From sequence record OR062943.1: DNA of 64,000 bases. One strand, written 5' to 3'. Shown here piece after piece: positions 30,378 to 39,063 of this stretch. Source of the stretch: Escherichia phage 241Ecol014PP. A program made the position numbers and the translations under genes. The first letter of the stretch is position 1. Each line of letters begins with the position of its first letter. The notes beneath the pieces are model-generated. The model searched no databases. It saw only the letters and a program-made list of their open reading frames with translations, and had not been told where the DNA came from.

Positions 30378-30407
30378 AGAATAGCAAACTGGGGTGTGTG
30401 CTGTCAA
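30378..30407 (-). promoter_or_regulatory. possible internal promoter TTGACA-N18-TATTCT (minus strand)
   Basis: Reverse complement of 30402-30407 is TTGACA; -10-like TATTCT at 30378-30383. Confidence 0.25.
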
Positions 30408-30512
30408 CAACATTTTTAAGCGTTTTGGGGAAGTTTTTTGAAAGGTGGGTGTAATCACAAGAGAGGGTGGAGTTATTGAAGGCACAGGCCTCTTTTGAGG
30501 CCTTAAAATCGA

Positions 30513-30893
30513 TTATGACACTTTGACGTAGCGCTCTGACAGAGCTGGAAAGCCAAAAGCAGTACCTATACTACCGTATGCTACCCACCATTGAAGTTCA
30601 TCGTGACACCATTTTCCGATCAGGAAGGTGCTGGGGTAGCGGGTCAGTATTTTGGCATAAGCTTTAGGGTCTGCATCTTCTGGGATAATGATACTTGGAA
30701 CATCTTTGTTATGGCCACAGCAGCAGTTTAGAGTTTTCAATCCTGCCGCCCATAGACTCATGATAGGCTTAGCCATGCACTTATCAAGGCACACACGTTT
30801 TTTGCCGTCACGGAGCTTTTTAGGCACATCAACGATAACATTTTGATGCTTGGCACCTTTCACTTTCCAATTATAGGATTTACACTTGCACAT
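30513..30893 (-). CDS. cysteine-rich protein, probable metal-binding, function unknown
   Basis: 126 aa; CKCK, CLDKC, NCCCGH, WCHDE motifs. Confidence 0.45.
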   Translation of the reverse strand: MCKCKSYNWKVKGAKHQNVIVDVPKKLRDGKKRVCLDKCMAKPIMSLWAAGLKTLNCCCGHNKDVPSIIIPEDADPKAYAKILTRYPSTFLIGKWCHDELQWWVAYGSIGTAFGFPALSERYVKVS

Positions 30894-30923
30894 TTAATCA
30901 GTCTCCATCTAGAAAGTAATACT

Positions 30924-31094
30924 TTACTTAAAATCTTTGTCACCTATTACGATTGCACGAATCCACTCATTGTGATGTTCAATGGCGGTAAGGTGTAACA
31001 TAATGCAGTGATTGTCATTACCAAACACGGTGCGGTAAGCTTTAGCAGCACCATGATATAACTTCCACATCAGGTAATGATATCTTCGCCTCAT
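30924..31094 (-). CDS. possible small ORF (56 aa) below ORF-track threshold
   Basis: ATG with GGAG 8 nt upstream on minus strand, fills gap between 30893 and 31100; hand-translated, not verified. Confidence 0.25.
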   Translation of the reverse strand: MRRRYHYLMWKLYHGAAKAYRTVFGNDNHCIMLHLTAIEHHNEWIRAIVIGDKDFK

Positions 31095-31099
31095 GGCTC

Positions 31100-31564
31100 T
31101 TACTCCGGTTCAGGATCTGGGTAATCTTCAATAATAAAGGGCCATCCGTTCCGCTTAGCCTCAGACTTATACTCGATCTCCTTCATTGCAAACTCTAACT
31201 GATTCTTAGCCGGAATACATGCCGGAGAATCATCAATCCAGATATCTGGGTAGATATCAAACTGCGCCAGATAGGCTGCCTTCTGAACACCACCAGTATA
31301 AAACACACCAACATCGAGCTCCTTGCGCCAATACTCAATGTCTACATTGTCTTGAGTAATGAATCGGAAAGTTACAAGGTAGACTGTCCACCCCTCATTC
31401 TTTAGATCCCTGATCAGGCGGGAGAAGATGAAAGGGCTCGCATTAAACGTTCCATCAAAGTCAATGGCAATGATGTGCGTGCCGTGGCGAGTCTCATATG
31501 GATTGCTAGTGGTAAGATTGCTGTAGTTAAAAGGAACTTCTTCCCCGCAGTAGCTGTAGTCCAT
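31100..31564 (-). CDS. HAD-superfamily 5'(3')-deoxyribonucleotidase-like phosphatase
   Basis: Start taken as ATG at 31564 (track GTG at 31570), 2 nt after upstream stop; motif I IAIDFDGTF and motif IV IWIDDSP. Confidence 0.55.
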   Translation of the reverse strand: MDYSYCGEEVPFNYSNLTTSNPYETRHGTHIIAIDFDGTFNASPFIFSRLIRDLKNEGWTVYLVTFRFITQDNVDIEYWRKELDVGVFYTGGVQKAAYLAQFDIYPDIWIDDSPACIPAKNQLEFAMKEIEYKSEAKRNGWPFIIEDYPDPEPE

Positions 31565-31566
31565 AT

Positions 31567-31842
31567 TCACACCTTCTCGTTGATAAATTTACGGGCGGTT
31601 TGGTGAGTTGTTTCTGCTGTCTTCAGAATGATATTAATTTTATTGTCAAGATCATTCATCTCTGCAGTTAATTCAGGAATCTCTCCGGCATGCATAGTGA
31701 AATCATACATAGACATTCCCAGAATCTCATTGATGCGGCGGTTGCATTCTGCAGCACGCTGGTTCATTTTCCAAGCTAACACCAAAGCCTCCTGCGTAGC
31801 CTCTAGTGCAAAATCTAATACGTCGGCCTCTTCTTTCGTCAT
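31567..31842 (-). CDS. hypothetical protein
   Basis: 91 aa, helical/charged. Confidence 0.4.
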   Translation of the reverse strand: MTKEEADVLDFALEATQEALVLAWKMNQRAAECNRRINEILGMSMYDFTMHAGEIPELTAEMNDLDNKINIILKTAETTHQTARKFINEKV

Positions 31843-31899
31843 GTCAGTCTCTCCTGTTGTATTGTTGGTAGGTGTATGAATACCTTATAACTCACCTTT

Positions 31900-32466
31900 T
31901 TATTCAAACTGCAATAGTAAATCCACCACCGCGCTAGGTCTGTCAACAAATTCCCCTGGCCCACATGCCCATAAAGGGTATCCGTCTACATACCGCCAAA
32001 TCCAACCTGCAGTGTGGAGTTCGAGCAGGGCAGTACCGTCCTTGCTGTCAACCACTCTTTCCCACAGTGTTGGGCAGCGAAGCTTGAGAATCGGATCACC
32101 TCCCTTATACCCATCCATGTAGATACCCATTGCAAAGTTCAGCATCATCTTTTTGTGCACCGATCTCTTACTGAGGGTGCTCATCACTTCCTCTTTGTGA
32201 ATGTTTGTAAGCCTCTCCTTGGCTACCCGCAGATCGTTGCAACCATTGTTCAGCAGATCTTCCAGACACTTGATCCGAAGGTCGTGAATGTCTTTGTCGT
32301 GTACCGTTGGCACAGGGTCGTAGCGGTATAGCACTGTTGATACAAGGTTGCTCGGGTGTGGGTCTGACAGCAACCCATAACCCCAATACTCTTCTGTATC
32401 TGAAAGGACAAGACACCCAATGTCTCTGTCAAGCTTTCCTGTGTTGTAAGCCACATTGACCGCCAT
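31900..32466 (-). CDS. hypothetical protein
   Basis: 188 aa ORF in operon. Confidence 0.45.
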   Translation of the reverse strand: MAVNVAYNTGKLDRDIGCLVLSDTEEYWGYGLLSDPHPSNLVSTVLYRYDPVPTVHDKDIHDLRIKCLEDLLNNGCNDLRVAKERLTNIHKEEVMSTLSKRSVHKKMMLNFAMGIYMDGYKGGDPILKLRCPTLWERVVDSKDGTALLELHTAGWIWRYVDGYPLWACGPGEFVDRPSAVVDLLLQFE

Positions 32467-32468
32467 GA

Positions 32469-32714
32469 CTATAGCTCCACTAGCAAAGTGCTTTCAAAGT
32501 GCCGTTCATGCAGACCGTTGTAAGGAACCACTTCTACAACGCCATCACGGACATATGAGGCCATCATGGTGGTATAATCTCCAAACGGGTTGGTATTGTC
32601 ACTAACCACAACCACCTTCTGCCCTTCCTTGGCAGAGTGCCAAATAGATCTGCACTTCATCAGGTGTTCGAGAGCTCCAGGTAAAATTTTGTTACGTTCT
32701 TTACGGGTCTTCAT
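32469..32714 (-). CDS. hypothetical protein
   Basis: 81 aa; 4-nt overlap with upstream gene. Confidence 0.4.
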   Translation of the reverse strand: MKTRKERNKILPGALEHLMKCRSIWHSAKEGQKVVVVSDNTNPFGDYTTMMASYVRDGVVEVVPYNGLHERHFESTLLVEL

Positions 32715-33160
32715 AACAGATATAGCTCCTTATGAAAGTGGTCTTTTAATTTCTCACTGAGAAACTTCTTGATACCTTCCTCTAAAGTGTTTTCGATGTA
32801 GTCCAGCTTAACTGCTTCGATGGACATATCATAGATCGCCAGCTCTAAGCTGTCAAGTCCCATCATAGCATGAACCATAAGATTTTCATCTTCAGATACA
32901 TTTAGGGGACTTCCTATAACATCTGGAGGCAGAATAGTTTCCCAATTATTCTGGGTGGTAGTTCTCCCTCCCTCTACTTTACGGCGCAGTTCGAATGTGT
33001 TCTTAGTGTAGAACACTTCATAAGAAACGATACGACTGTCGCTCTCATAATAAACGAAGTTCAGGTAGGAGCCTAGCCGCAGTCGGCAAACTTCCACCCC
33101 AAACCATTGTTTCTTATAAGAATTCAGGCTAATGCTGTCGCATTCACGTTTGCTCAACAC
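32711..33160 (-). CDS. hypothetical protein
   Basis: 149 aa. Confidence 0.4.
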   Translation of the reverse strand: MLSKRECDSISLNSYKKQWFGVEVCRLRLGSYLNFVYYESDSRIVSYEVFYTKNTFELRRKVEGGRTTTQNNWETILPPDVIGSPLNVSEDENLMVHAMMGLDSLELAIYDMSIEAVKLDYIENTLEEGIKKFLSEKLKDHFHKELYLL

Positions 33161-33176
33161 GGCTCTCTCCTTTTTG

Positions 33177-33410
33177 TTAATCTTCGTAAATCAGGATTTC
33201 TGCTTTAGGTTTTCGTGCTTTCAGGTCCAGCTCTATCCAGTGCACCATAGCTGTTTCAAGAAAAACAGCTTGGATGCATCCGTCCTCAGCGTGCCCCACC
33301 AACATAACAAGATCTTCACCTTCGTCATCTGCATCACGAACATACAGAATCTCTCCAGATTCAAAGTCTTTCACAACCTGATTGTTGGATAATTTACGAA
33401 TTTTTGCCAT
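33177..33410 (-). CDS. small protein, member of dispersed small paralog family
   Basis: 77 aa; FESGEILYVRDADDEGEDLVMLVGHAEDG matches F-x-x-G-x-x-Y/V...D-(D/E)-x-G family motif. Confidence 0.45.
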   Translation of the reverse strand: MAKIRKLSNNQVVKDFESGEILYVRDADDEGEDLVMLVGHAEDGCIQAVFLETAMVHWIELDLKARKPKAEILIYED

Positions 33411-33411
33411 A

Positions 33412-33675
33412 TCAGAAACCCTCTAAAAAGCTCTTGTAGAAAACAATCTCAGTATCAACACCAGTAACGATCTTGTCGTTCCTGATTTCATCCGTAAGGT
33501 AGGTGTCAAAACGCAGAACCTGTGTGGTATTGTCACACATCCACTCAGCTGTGACCATAGCGAAAATCTTAGCATCTTCATTATCTGGTGTGAATGTTAC
33601 CACCTCGCCGCATTTAAACTTTTCGATGGGTTGAGTGTTAGCTTTCGGTTCTGCAATGGTGATTTTCGTGGTCAT
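33412..33675 (-). CDS. small protein, member of dispersed small paralog family
   Basis: 87 aa; FKCGEVVTFTPDNEDAKIFAMV. Confidence 0.45.
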   Translation of the reverse strand: MTTKITIAEPKANTQPIEKFKCGEVVTFTPDNEDAKIFAMVTAEWMCDNTTQVLRFDTYLTDEIRNDKIVTGVDTEIVFYKSFLEGF

Positions 33676-33935
33676 TACTCTTCCTCCATAGTTTCACCAA
33701 ATACTTCGATACGAGCATCGAGCTCGGTTGCTTTCAGCTCTCCAACAAAATCTTTTAGTTCTTTCTCGTCCAGATCGTAAGCCCACACACAAGAGGAACA
33801 TGCAGATTTCACAATCAGCAGCGTAGATACACGGCCTGACTCTGTGATCATGCTCACAATGGTTCCCACAGGGAACGTGTTGATAGCTTTTTTTTTAACT
33901 GGGCGTTCAGATTTGATTACTACTTCTGTTGCCAT
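33675..33935 (-). CDS. small protein, member of dispersed small paralog family
   Basis: 86 aa; FPVGTIVSMITESGRVSTLLIV. Confidence 0.45.
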   Translation of the reverse strand: MATEVVIKSERPVKKKAINTFPVGTIVSMITESGRVSTLLIVKSACSSCVWAYDLDEKELKDFVGELKATELDARIEVFGETMEEE

Positions 33936-33950
33936 AAATAACGTCCTCTC

Positions 33951-35411
33951 TTACTTGGCGTACTCGATTAATTCCACAGTTTTCCCAAAGCTAGGGATAT
34001 AATTTTTATTATACCCTTCAGTGAGAACCCATAAAGTATCGTACTTTTTCCACTTATTGTCAACAGCCTTTTGTTCAAAGTTATGCTCAAAGTATAGGTC
34101 GGTCAGGACGATGACATCTTTTGCATTCGGTATGTTGGCATCCAGATACTCGAACACGCAAGCAGCTGTTGTGCCCCATGTTGAGTGGACCTCATAGTTG
34201 ATCATCTCATCTATGTTACCGCGAGTGTATACTTTGACCTCTCCAACCTCGGTTGACCAACAGAACATCGTAACCTTAAACTCTTTATACAGATTGCACA
34301 ATCCGGTGATTTCATTGAACATTTTCTTTAAAGTTCTTTGAGATATCGAGCCAGAAACGTCTAAAGCTACAACAATATCTATAGTGTTTTCAGGATTACG
34401 ACCGGGAACAATAACGTGCTGGTTCTTGTTTATAGCCCCAACTTTTCGCATTGTGCTGGTCAAAGAACCAGATCGGCGACCAGGTTTTCTGTAGGTCAGT
34501 TCAGCCTTTCGTTTAGACAACATGCGTTGCTTAATAATGTCTATATAGTTGATTACAGGCTTACCTCTGTTCTTGACAAACTCACGCACCGCCTCAGGGC
34601 AACGACCTCCGGAAGCTTGCATTGCTGCCTCCAGCATGTCACCAGAGTCCTGCATGGCCTGATCTTTATCAGATTGGCTGATTACAGGTTGTGGCTGATC
34701 ATATCCCAGAGCCTTTCCAAGATCATCACTGGTGCCACCGTTCCCACTCATGTGATCATCGGTTTGTCGCTTATCCCCTTGAGAGTTCTCACCTTTACCG
34801 CTCTTACTTTTACCGTTATTCTGATCTCTTTGCTTATCAAGAACTGCATAGACGTTCTCAGCAATCCACCCATGAAACTTCATGTCGCAGTAGCAGCTGG
34901 CTAAGAAGCCAAAAGGCTTACCTTTCACAAACGTAGTGCTTTTCCCCTTCGGGAAGAAAACACAAGGGGGCTTGCTAAAGTCAACCACAAGACCTGTGTT
35001 GATAACGTGATCACAAGCAATATTGAACAGTTCCGGCTCAAAGCTTTTGCCACGGACCAGGTGATCACAGATAATATGCCCCACCTCATGTGACAGAAGG
35101 AAAGCCACCTCTTTCACAGATTTGGGGGAATAGAAAACTTCAGCCATCTCAAACTGCTCGCCAGTTAGAGAGGCCTTAAGAATAGCCTTGCGTTCATCAG
35201 CCAACCCCATAATGAACTCAGGACTGTAATAGATGCGTTTATGGTCGGTTGCCATGGTGGAGCACCATGTGTGGTTTTCTACGAACTGTAACCCTGACAG
35301 CAGTGTGCCATAAAACGGCAGCTTTTCAAGGAGATACATACGTGCAGCCTGTAACATTCTCAGGGCATCATCTTTCTGTGAGGCAATGATTTCTGAACTT
35401 CTGCTATCCAT
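33951..35411 (-). CDS. putative metallopeptidase (HExxH) + von Willebrand factor A domain protein (MoxR/CobS-partner type)
   Basis: Start taken as ATG at 35411 (GGAG 5 nt upstream; track start 35432 lies in a hairpin); HEVGHIICDH motif; VWA-like VVALDVSGSISQ... Confidence 0.6.
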   Translation of the reverse strand: MDSRSSEIIASQKDDALRMLQAARMYLLEKLPFYGTLLSGLQFVENHTWCSTMATDHKRIYYSPEFIMGLADERKAILKASLTGEQFEMAEVFYSPKSVKEVAFLLSHEVGHIICDHLVRGKSFEPELFNIACDHVINTGLVVDFSKPPCVFFPKGKSTTFVKGKPFGFLASCYCDMKFHGWIAENVYAVLDKQRDQNNGKSKSGKGENSQGDKRQTDDHMSGNGGTSDDLGKALGYDQPQPVISQSDKDQAMQDSGDMLEAAMQASGGRCPEAVREFVKNRGKPVINYIDIIKQRMLSKRKAELTYRKPGRRSGSLTSTMRKVGAINKNQHVIVPGRNPENTIDIVVALDVSGSISQRTLKKMFNEITGLCNLYKEFKVTMFCWSTEVGEVKVYTRGNIDEMINYEVHSTWGTTAACVFEYLDANIPNAKDVIVLTDLYFEHNFEQKAVDNKWKKYDTLWVLTEGYNKNYIPSFGKTVELIEYAK

Positions 35412-35424
35412 TAAAACTCCAGAA

Positions 35425-35442
35425 GGGGCCATTGGCCCCTGT
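35425..35442 (-). terminator. intergenic GC hairpin, possible weak terminator/processing site
   Basis: GGGGCC-attg-GGCCCC; near-identical to stem of terminator at 29483-29518; flanking T run weak on minus strand. Confidence 0.3.
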
Positions 35443-35444
35443 TA

Positions 35445-36422
35445 TTATTTAACGTGTTTGAAAATACCTGCCAACTCGGTCATTGTCATGCGGGTGGTCT
35501 TCATAAGATCTGTCATAGCTTTCTCCATAATTGGGGATACTACCATAAAGTTTCCTTTAGTGAAACCTTTATTCCAGTCGGTCACTAACAGGGGTTTAAG
35601 TCCAGCTCCGAGACGTTCACCAGTTAAAGCACAGCATTTGCGAATATACAAACTCTTAAATTGGCTGAACGACAGATCAACCTTCATACCTGCATCGTAG
35701 AACGTTTGACAATAGAAAGTGTAAGCCTTAGCAACCTCAACATCATCAGGCAGTGCAGGAACCTCTTCTGCAATCTCCTCTTCGACCTCCTGAGGCTCTT
35801 TTTCCTCTTCAGAGTTCTGTTCTTCAATTTCTTCTGTCACAGTTTCGTTTACGATGTCTGAAATGTGTTTGTTGGCTGCACGATCAGCCATGAAATTTTT
35901 AAAGTCCTGCATTGGTGACATATCTTCTTCCTCTTCGTCAAAAAGTGCTAGTTTATCTTCTTCTGTCCCGTATTGCAAGATGAAATCTTCAAAAGTATAA
36001 TCACCTTTCAATTTCTCCATACGCTCTTCGCTCAGGTGGAGCATCATCTGCTGGACAATTTTTCGATCAGTTTCGTCTTTAATCAAGACTGCAGTCTTTT
36101 TATCTACCAGACAGTCCTTCAGAGCGTTGCACCTCAACCCTACCACACAACAATTATCAATTGCGTAAGGACCTTCATCATCTATCCGCTCCAGAGATGG
36201 GTAGAAAGGATTTCCCAGTCCGTTTTCATCTGTGTGCGTGTCGAAAGGTATAAGGGTATAGTCGCATACCCCTTCTCCTAAAAGTTTTTTACCAAATAGG
36301 AGGTATTCTTCCCACGACAGTTCGAACTCTATATCTCGTTTCCGTGCATTATTCTTTTTGCGTCTATATTTTTTGAGCAGGCGCTCTAACTCTTCTGTTG
36401 TATAATATTTTTCAAGATTCAT
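35445..36422 (-). CDS. protein with two degenerate HNH-like repeats separated by an acidic linker
   Basis: Start uncertain (36422 ATG downstream of predicted promoter, or 36485/36488); repeats ...SLERIDDEGPYAIDNCCVVGLRCNALK and CALTGERL...LLVTDWNKGFTKGNFMVV...K; Glu-rich linker. Confidence 0.45.
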   Translation of the reverse strand: MNLEKYYTTEELERLLKKYRRKKNNARKRDIEFELSWEEYLLFGKKLLGEGVCDYTLIPFDTHTDENGLGNPFYPSLERIDDEGPYAIDNCCVVGLRCNALKDCLVDKKTAVLIKDETDRKIVQQMMLHLSEERMEKLKGDYTFEDFILQYGTEEDKLALFDEEEEDMSPMQDFKNFMADRAANKHISDIVNETVTEEIEEQNSEEEKEPQEVEEEIAEEVPALPDDVEVAKAYTFYCQTFYDAGMKVDLSFSQFKSLYIRKCCALTGERLGAGLKPLLVTDWNKGFTKGNFMVVSPIMEKAMTDLMKTTRMTMTELAGIFKHVK

Positions 36423-36453
36423 GAGTTGTCTCTCGTGCTCTGTAAGTGAAGAA

Positions 36454-36482
36454 ATCGTATCAATTGTCTCAACAGATGTCAA
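36454..36482 (-). promoter_or_regulatory. leftward promoter TTGACA-N17-TACGAT
   Basis: Minus-strand TTGACA = revcomp of 36477-36482; TACGAT = revcomp of 36454-36459. Confidence 0.45.
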
Positions 36483-36495
36483 CATCAAGAACGTG

Positions 36496-36524
36496 TTGAC
36501 TTTACTCTAAATCTCCGATATAGT
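36496..36524 (+). promoter_or_regulatory. rightward promoter TTGACT-N17-TATAGT
   Basis: TTGACT 36496-36501, spacer 17, TATAGT 36519-36524; 40 nt upstream of ORF 36565. Confidence 0.6.
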
Positions 36525-36564
36525 GCACCCATTCGAAAGAAAACCAACATAGGAGCACTCACTC

Positions 36565-37464
36565 ATGGCAAATCTTAACAGTTTTAGTACTCGGTGGCAA
36601 CAGGATATAACAACCAATCTCTCGGCTGGAGACATTCTTTCTGCAATTTACGAGGCTTTAGATGCTAAAGCTACTTCAAAAGCGGTTTGTACCAACCCCC
36701 TAATCCCTGTAGTGATGAAGGTGATTGAGCGTAGATTGGTATCTGGGTCTGATAAGTGGACATATTTAGATAATGAAGGACACACCTATTCCAATGGGTA
36801 TGTCGATATAAAAGTAGAATACGCGGTATCATACCGCCGGAGCGGTTCTGTAACTTTCAACTTCTCTGGAGGTTTTCGATCTCTGGCTACCTCACCTTTT
36901 GTTTCCTCAGAGGAGAAGTATGAGCTGCCATTTCTTTGGATGATGGCTAACGCGACAGGAAAAACCCCCGTTAGCATCCGAGTAGAATACAACTACAACG
37001 GATCTAGTAAGATCTATGCCGAAAGTGTCTCAGCAAGTTTTTATTTTGTGATGGGGGATGGAATCCTCAAACATATAAAGATGTGTGATATGCATGATGT
37101 TATAAATGAAGTGACTGATAAGAATGTTCTAGTGAAAGACCTCAACAATTTTTATACACCCGGAGACTATTACGTCAGCCGTCCACTGTGCATCTTTAAT
37201 GCCGCACATCCTCTAGGTGAGTATTTGATCGCCAATAGCGATATTGCCAATAACCGCTTCGAGGTAGCAAGAGTTCAGAATGAGGTATTGACATCTTGTA
37301 AGAGCGGTGATAAGTTTACCGAAGAAGAGATGGGTGTTTTAGAAATGATGGGATATAAGTGTAGCCTTTGGGTAGATGAGGTGTTCAATGATTGCATCTA
37401 TGGACAGGATATTTACCCATTAAAGAAGTATACTGATTCCAGTTTAATTTACGCGGAGATTTGA
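36565..37464 (+). CDS. hypothetical protein (first gene of rightward operon)
   Basis: 299 aa; RBS AGGAG. Confidence 0.5.
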   Translation: MANLNSFSTRWQQDITTNLSAGDILSAIYEALDAKATSKAVCTNPLIPVVMKVIERRLVSGSDKWTYLDNEGHTYSNGYVDIKVEYAVSYRRSGSVTFNFSGGFRSLATSPFVSSEEKYELPFLWMMANATGKTPVSIRVEYNYNGSSKIYAESVSASFYFVMGDGILKHIKMCDMHDVINEVTDKNVLVKDLNNFYTPGDYYVSRPLCIFNAAHPLGEYLIANSDIANNRFEVARVQNEVLTSCKSGDKFTEEEMGVLEMMGYKCSLWVDEVFNDCIYGQDIYPLKKYTDSSLIYAEI

Positions 37465-37739
37465 CTATGATGAAGTCATGTGGTAGTGTATATTATGTTG
37501 GTGAGAATGTTCAGGCAGATAGTGTGTGGAAATCCATTAAGTCCACCACCGATGATGCCTTTCTGAGCGGGTTATGTTTTCCCAGCCCAGGGGACACTCT
37601 CCCTTACCCTGGAGATTTTGTTGTCAACAAGATGGACGGTTATACCGTGTGCCTGATGGTTGAAAAAATCTTTTTAGACACTAGACACAATCACCGTCTT
37701 GTGTTAAAATTTCAAGAATGTAAAATGACAATTGCCTAA
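37461..37739 (+). CDS. hypothetical protein
   Basis: 92 aa; ATGA overlap with upstream gene. Confidence 0.4.
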   Translation: MTMMKSCGSVYYVGENVQADSVWKSIKSTTDDAFLSGLCFPSPGDTLPYPGDFVVNKMDGYTVCLMVEKIFLDTRHNHRLVLKFQECKMTIA

Positions 37740-37752
37740 GGAGACCTTGCCG

Positions 37753-38109
37753 ATGTCTAAAGTTACTTATCGTGCAGCTATTTACTGCAATGAACACCCA
37801 ATCAATAATGATGGTCACTGCCTTTTTAAAGAAAATCAATTGGGCTGTATTGTCCTCCCTGATGAAGGGGAAGGTTATCTGATTGCATTGACAGGGTTTG
37901 AACCTGAGGCTCTGGAAGCCAATCTGGACTACCTGGTAGAAGAGGGTGCTGCAGACCTGGTTGCCAATGGCCTCTCCATAAGCCTTGACGAAGTGGAGCG
38001 CTTCATGGGTAATTACCGTGTAGTGCGTGAGTTTACTATCGAGGTTGAAACTCCAGAGTGGGGCAGCCCTGAAACTAATGTCGAAGAAAAAGAAGAGGAG
38101 GTAGAATAA
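37753..38109 (+). CDS. acidic small protein
   Basis: ATG 37753 with RBS AAGGAG 37738-37743 (track TTG start 37732 less likely); Glu/Asp-rich C-terminus EEKEEEVE. Confidence 0.4.
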   Translation: MSKVTYRAAIYCNEHPINNDGHCLFKENQLGCIVLPDEGEGYLIALTGFEPEALEANLDYLVEEGAADLVANGLSISLDEVERFMGNYRVVREFTIEVETPEWGSPETNVEEKEEEVE

Positions 38110-38366
38110 TGAAAGTGCAGATCTTGACTAATGCCGAGAAGATGTTTATTGAAGATACACCTTTTGAAGCTGGTGAGCTACAGTTCGTTTATTTTGTTGA
38201 CTTAGATAAGGTGTTTCCTGCACTGAATCTAGGTTTTGATGAAGTTCCTCATAAGGTTTTGTGCCAAGTTGTTCGTGCCTTAGCGGCAGAGGGGGAGTTC
38301 CGCACCCTTCAAGATGTCCAGACCTACGGGTACCTTGAACTACAACGAGAAGAAGAGGTGGACTGA
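38109..38366 (+). CDS. acidic small protein
   Basis: 85 aa; overlapping stop/start; ends REEEVD. Confidence 0.4.
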   Translation: MKVQILTNAEKMFIEDTPFEAGELQFVYFVDLDKVFPALNLGFDEVPHKVLCQVVRALAAEGEFRTLQDVQTYGYLELQREEEVD

Positions 38367-38368
38367 TA

Positions 38369-38749
38369 ATGGCTCAGTGGAAGACAACAGTTGACCTTCA
38401 TGATCAGTGGTTAGGACGCATCACTGAAGACGGGAAGCTAGTGGAGTGGGACAATAAGCATGTTAGCGAGTTGGCAAGTATTGTGGCTGGTAAGTTACGC
38501 TCCAAGTTCCCTGAACAACTGGATCCTGATAGTTCAAAGTTCGATCCTGAGTTGGAGGATGTTGTATACTACTTCGATACCGTGGATGACTACGATGCGT
38601 GGTTTGCAGCACGGGAGCTTTACCCACAAGGCTCTGCTATGCGCCAGATGGAAGAAGATTATCCTCCGTGTGAGCAATTCAATAGTGCAATGACTTGCCT
38701 CTATGATTGGGCAGATAAGAACCTTGTCTGGATTCGGACTGCATTTTAG
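38369..38749 (+). CDS. hypothetical protein
   Basis: 126 aa. Confidence 0.45.
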   Translation: MAQWKTTVDLHDQWLGRITEDGKLVEWDNKHVSELASIVAGKLRSKFPEQLDPDSSKFDPELEDVVYYFDTVDDYDAWFAARELYPQGSAMRQMEEDYPPCEQFNSAMTCLYDWADKNLVWIRTAF

Positions 38750-38793
38750 TGGGCAGGAATGGCGGCAAGGATGCTGCTTAAGGAGTAGTAGAG

Positions 38794-39063
38794 ATGTTAT
38801 ACCAGCAATATGAACTTCGTGCAGAAAAAGAGTTAAATTTTGACAAAGATATTCACAGATATTATTATGGGAAAGTTAGAGGGCAAGCAAGAAAGTGTAC
38901 TCCAACACTCTTTTATGCCAGCAGACGACTAGCGCCAGAAGAGGCAACAGCAGAAAGGGTTGCGTTCAACTGGAAAGTCACGTATGATATTGACAGATCC
39001 GATGTGATATCTGTTTTGGAAAACTTTGAAAACACTTACACACAAGTAGAGGACTTTTACTAA
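38794..39063 (+). CDS. hypothetical protein
   Basis: 89 aa; RBS AAGGAG. Confidence 0.4.
   Translation: MLYQQYELRAEKELNFDKDIHRYYYGKVRGQARKCTPTLFYASRRLAPEEATAERVAFNWKVTYDIDRSDVISVLENFENTYTQVEDFY

Noticed and set aside
34416-34936. Plus-strand ORFs 34416-34904 and 34691-34936
   Set aside because: Antisense to the metallopeptidase/VWA gene, which has recognisable motifs; no promoter or RBS support.
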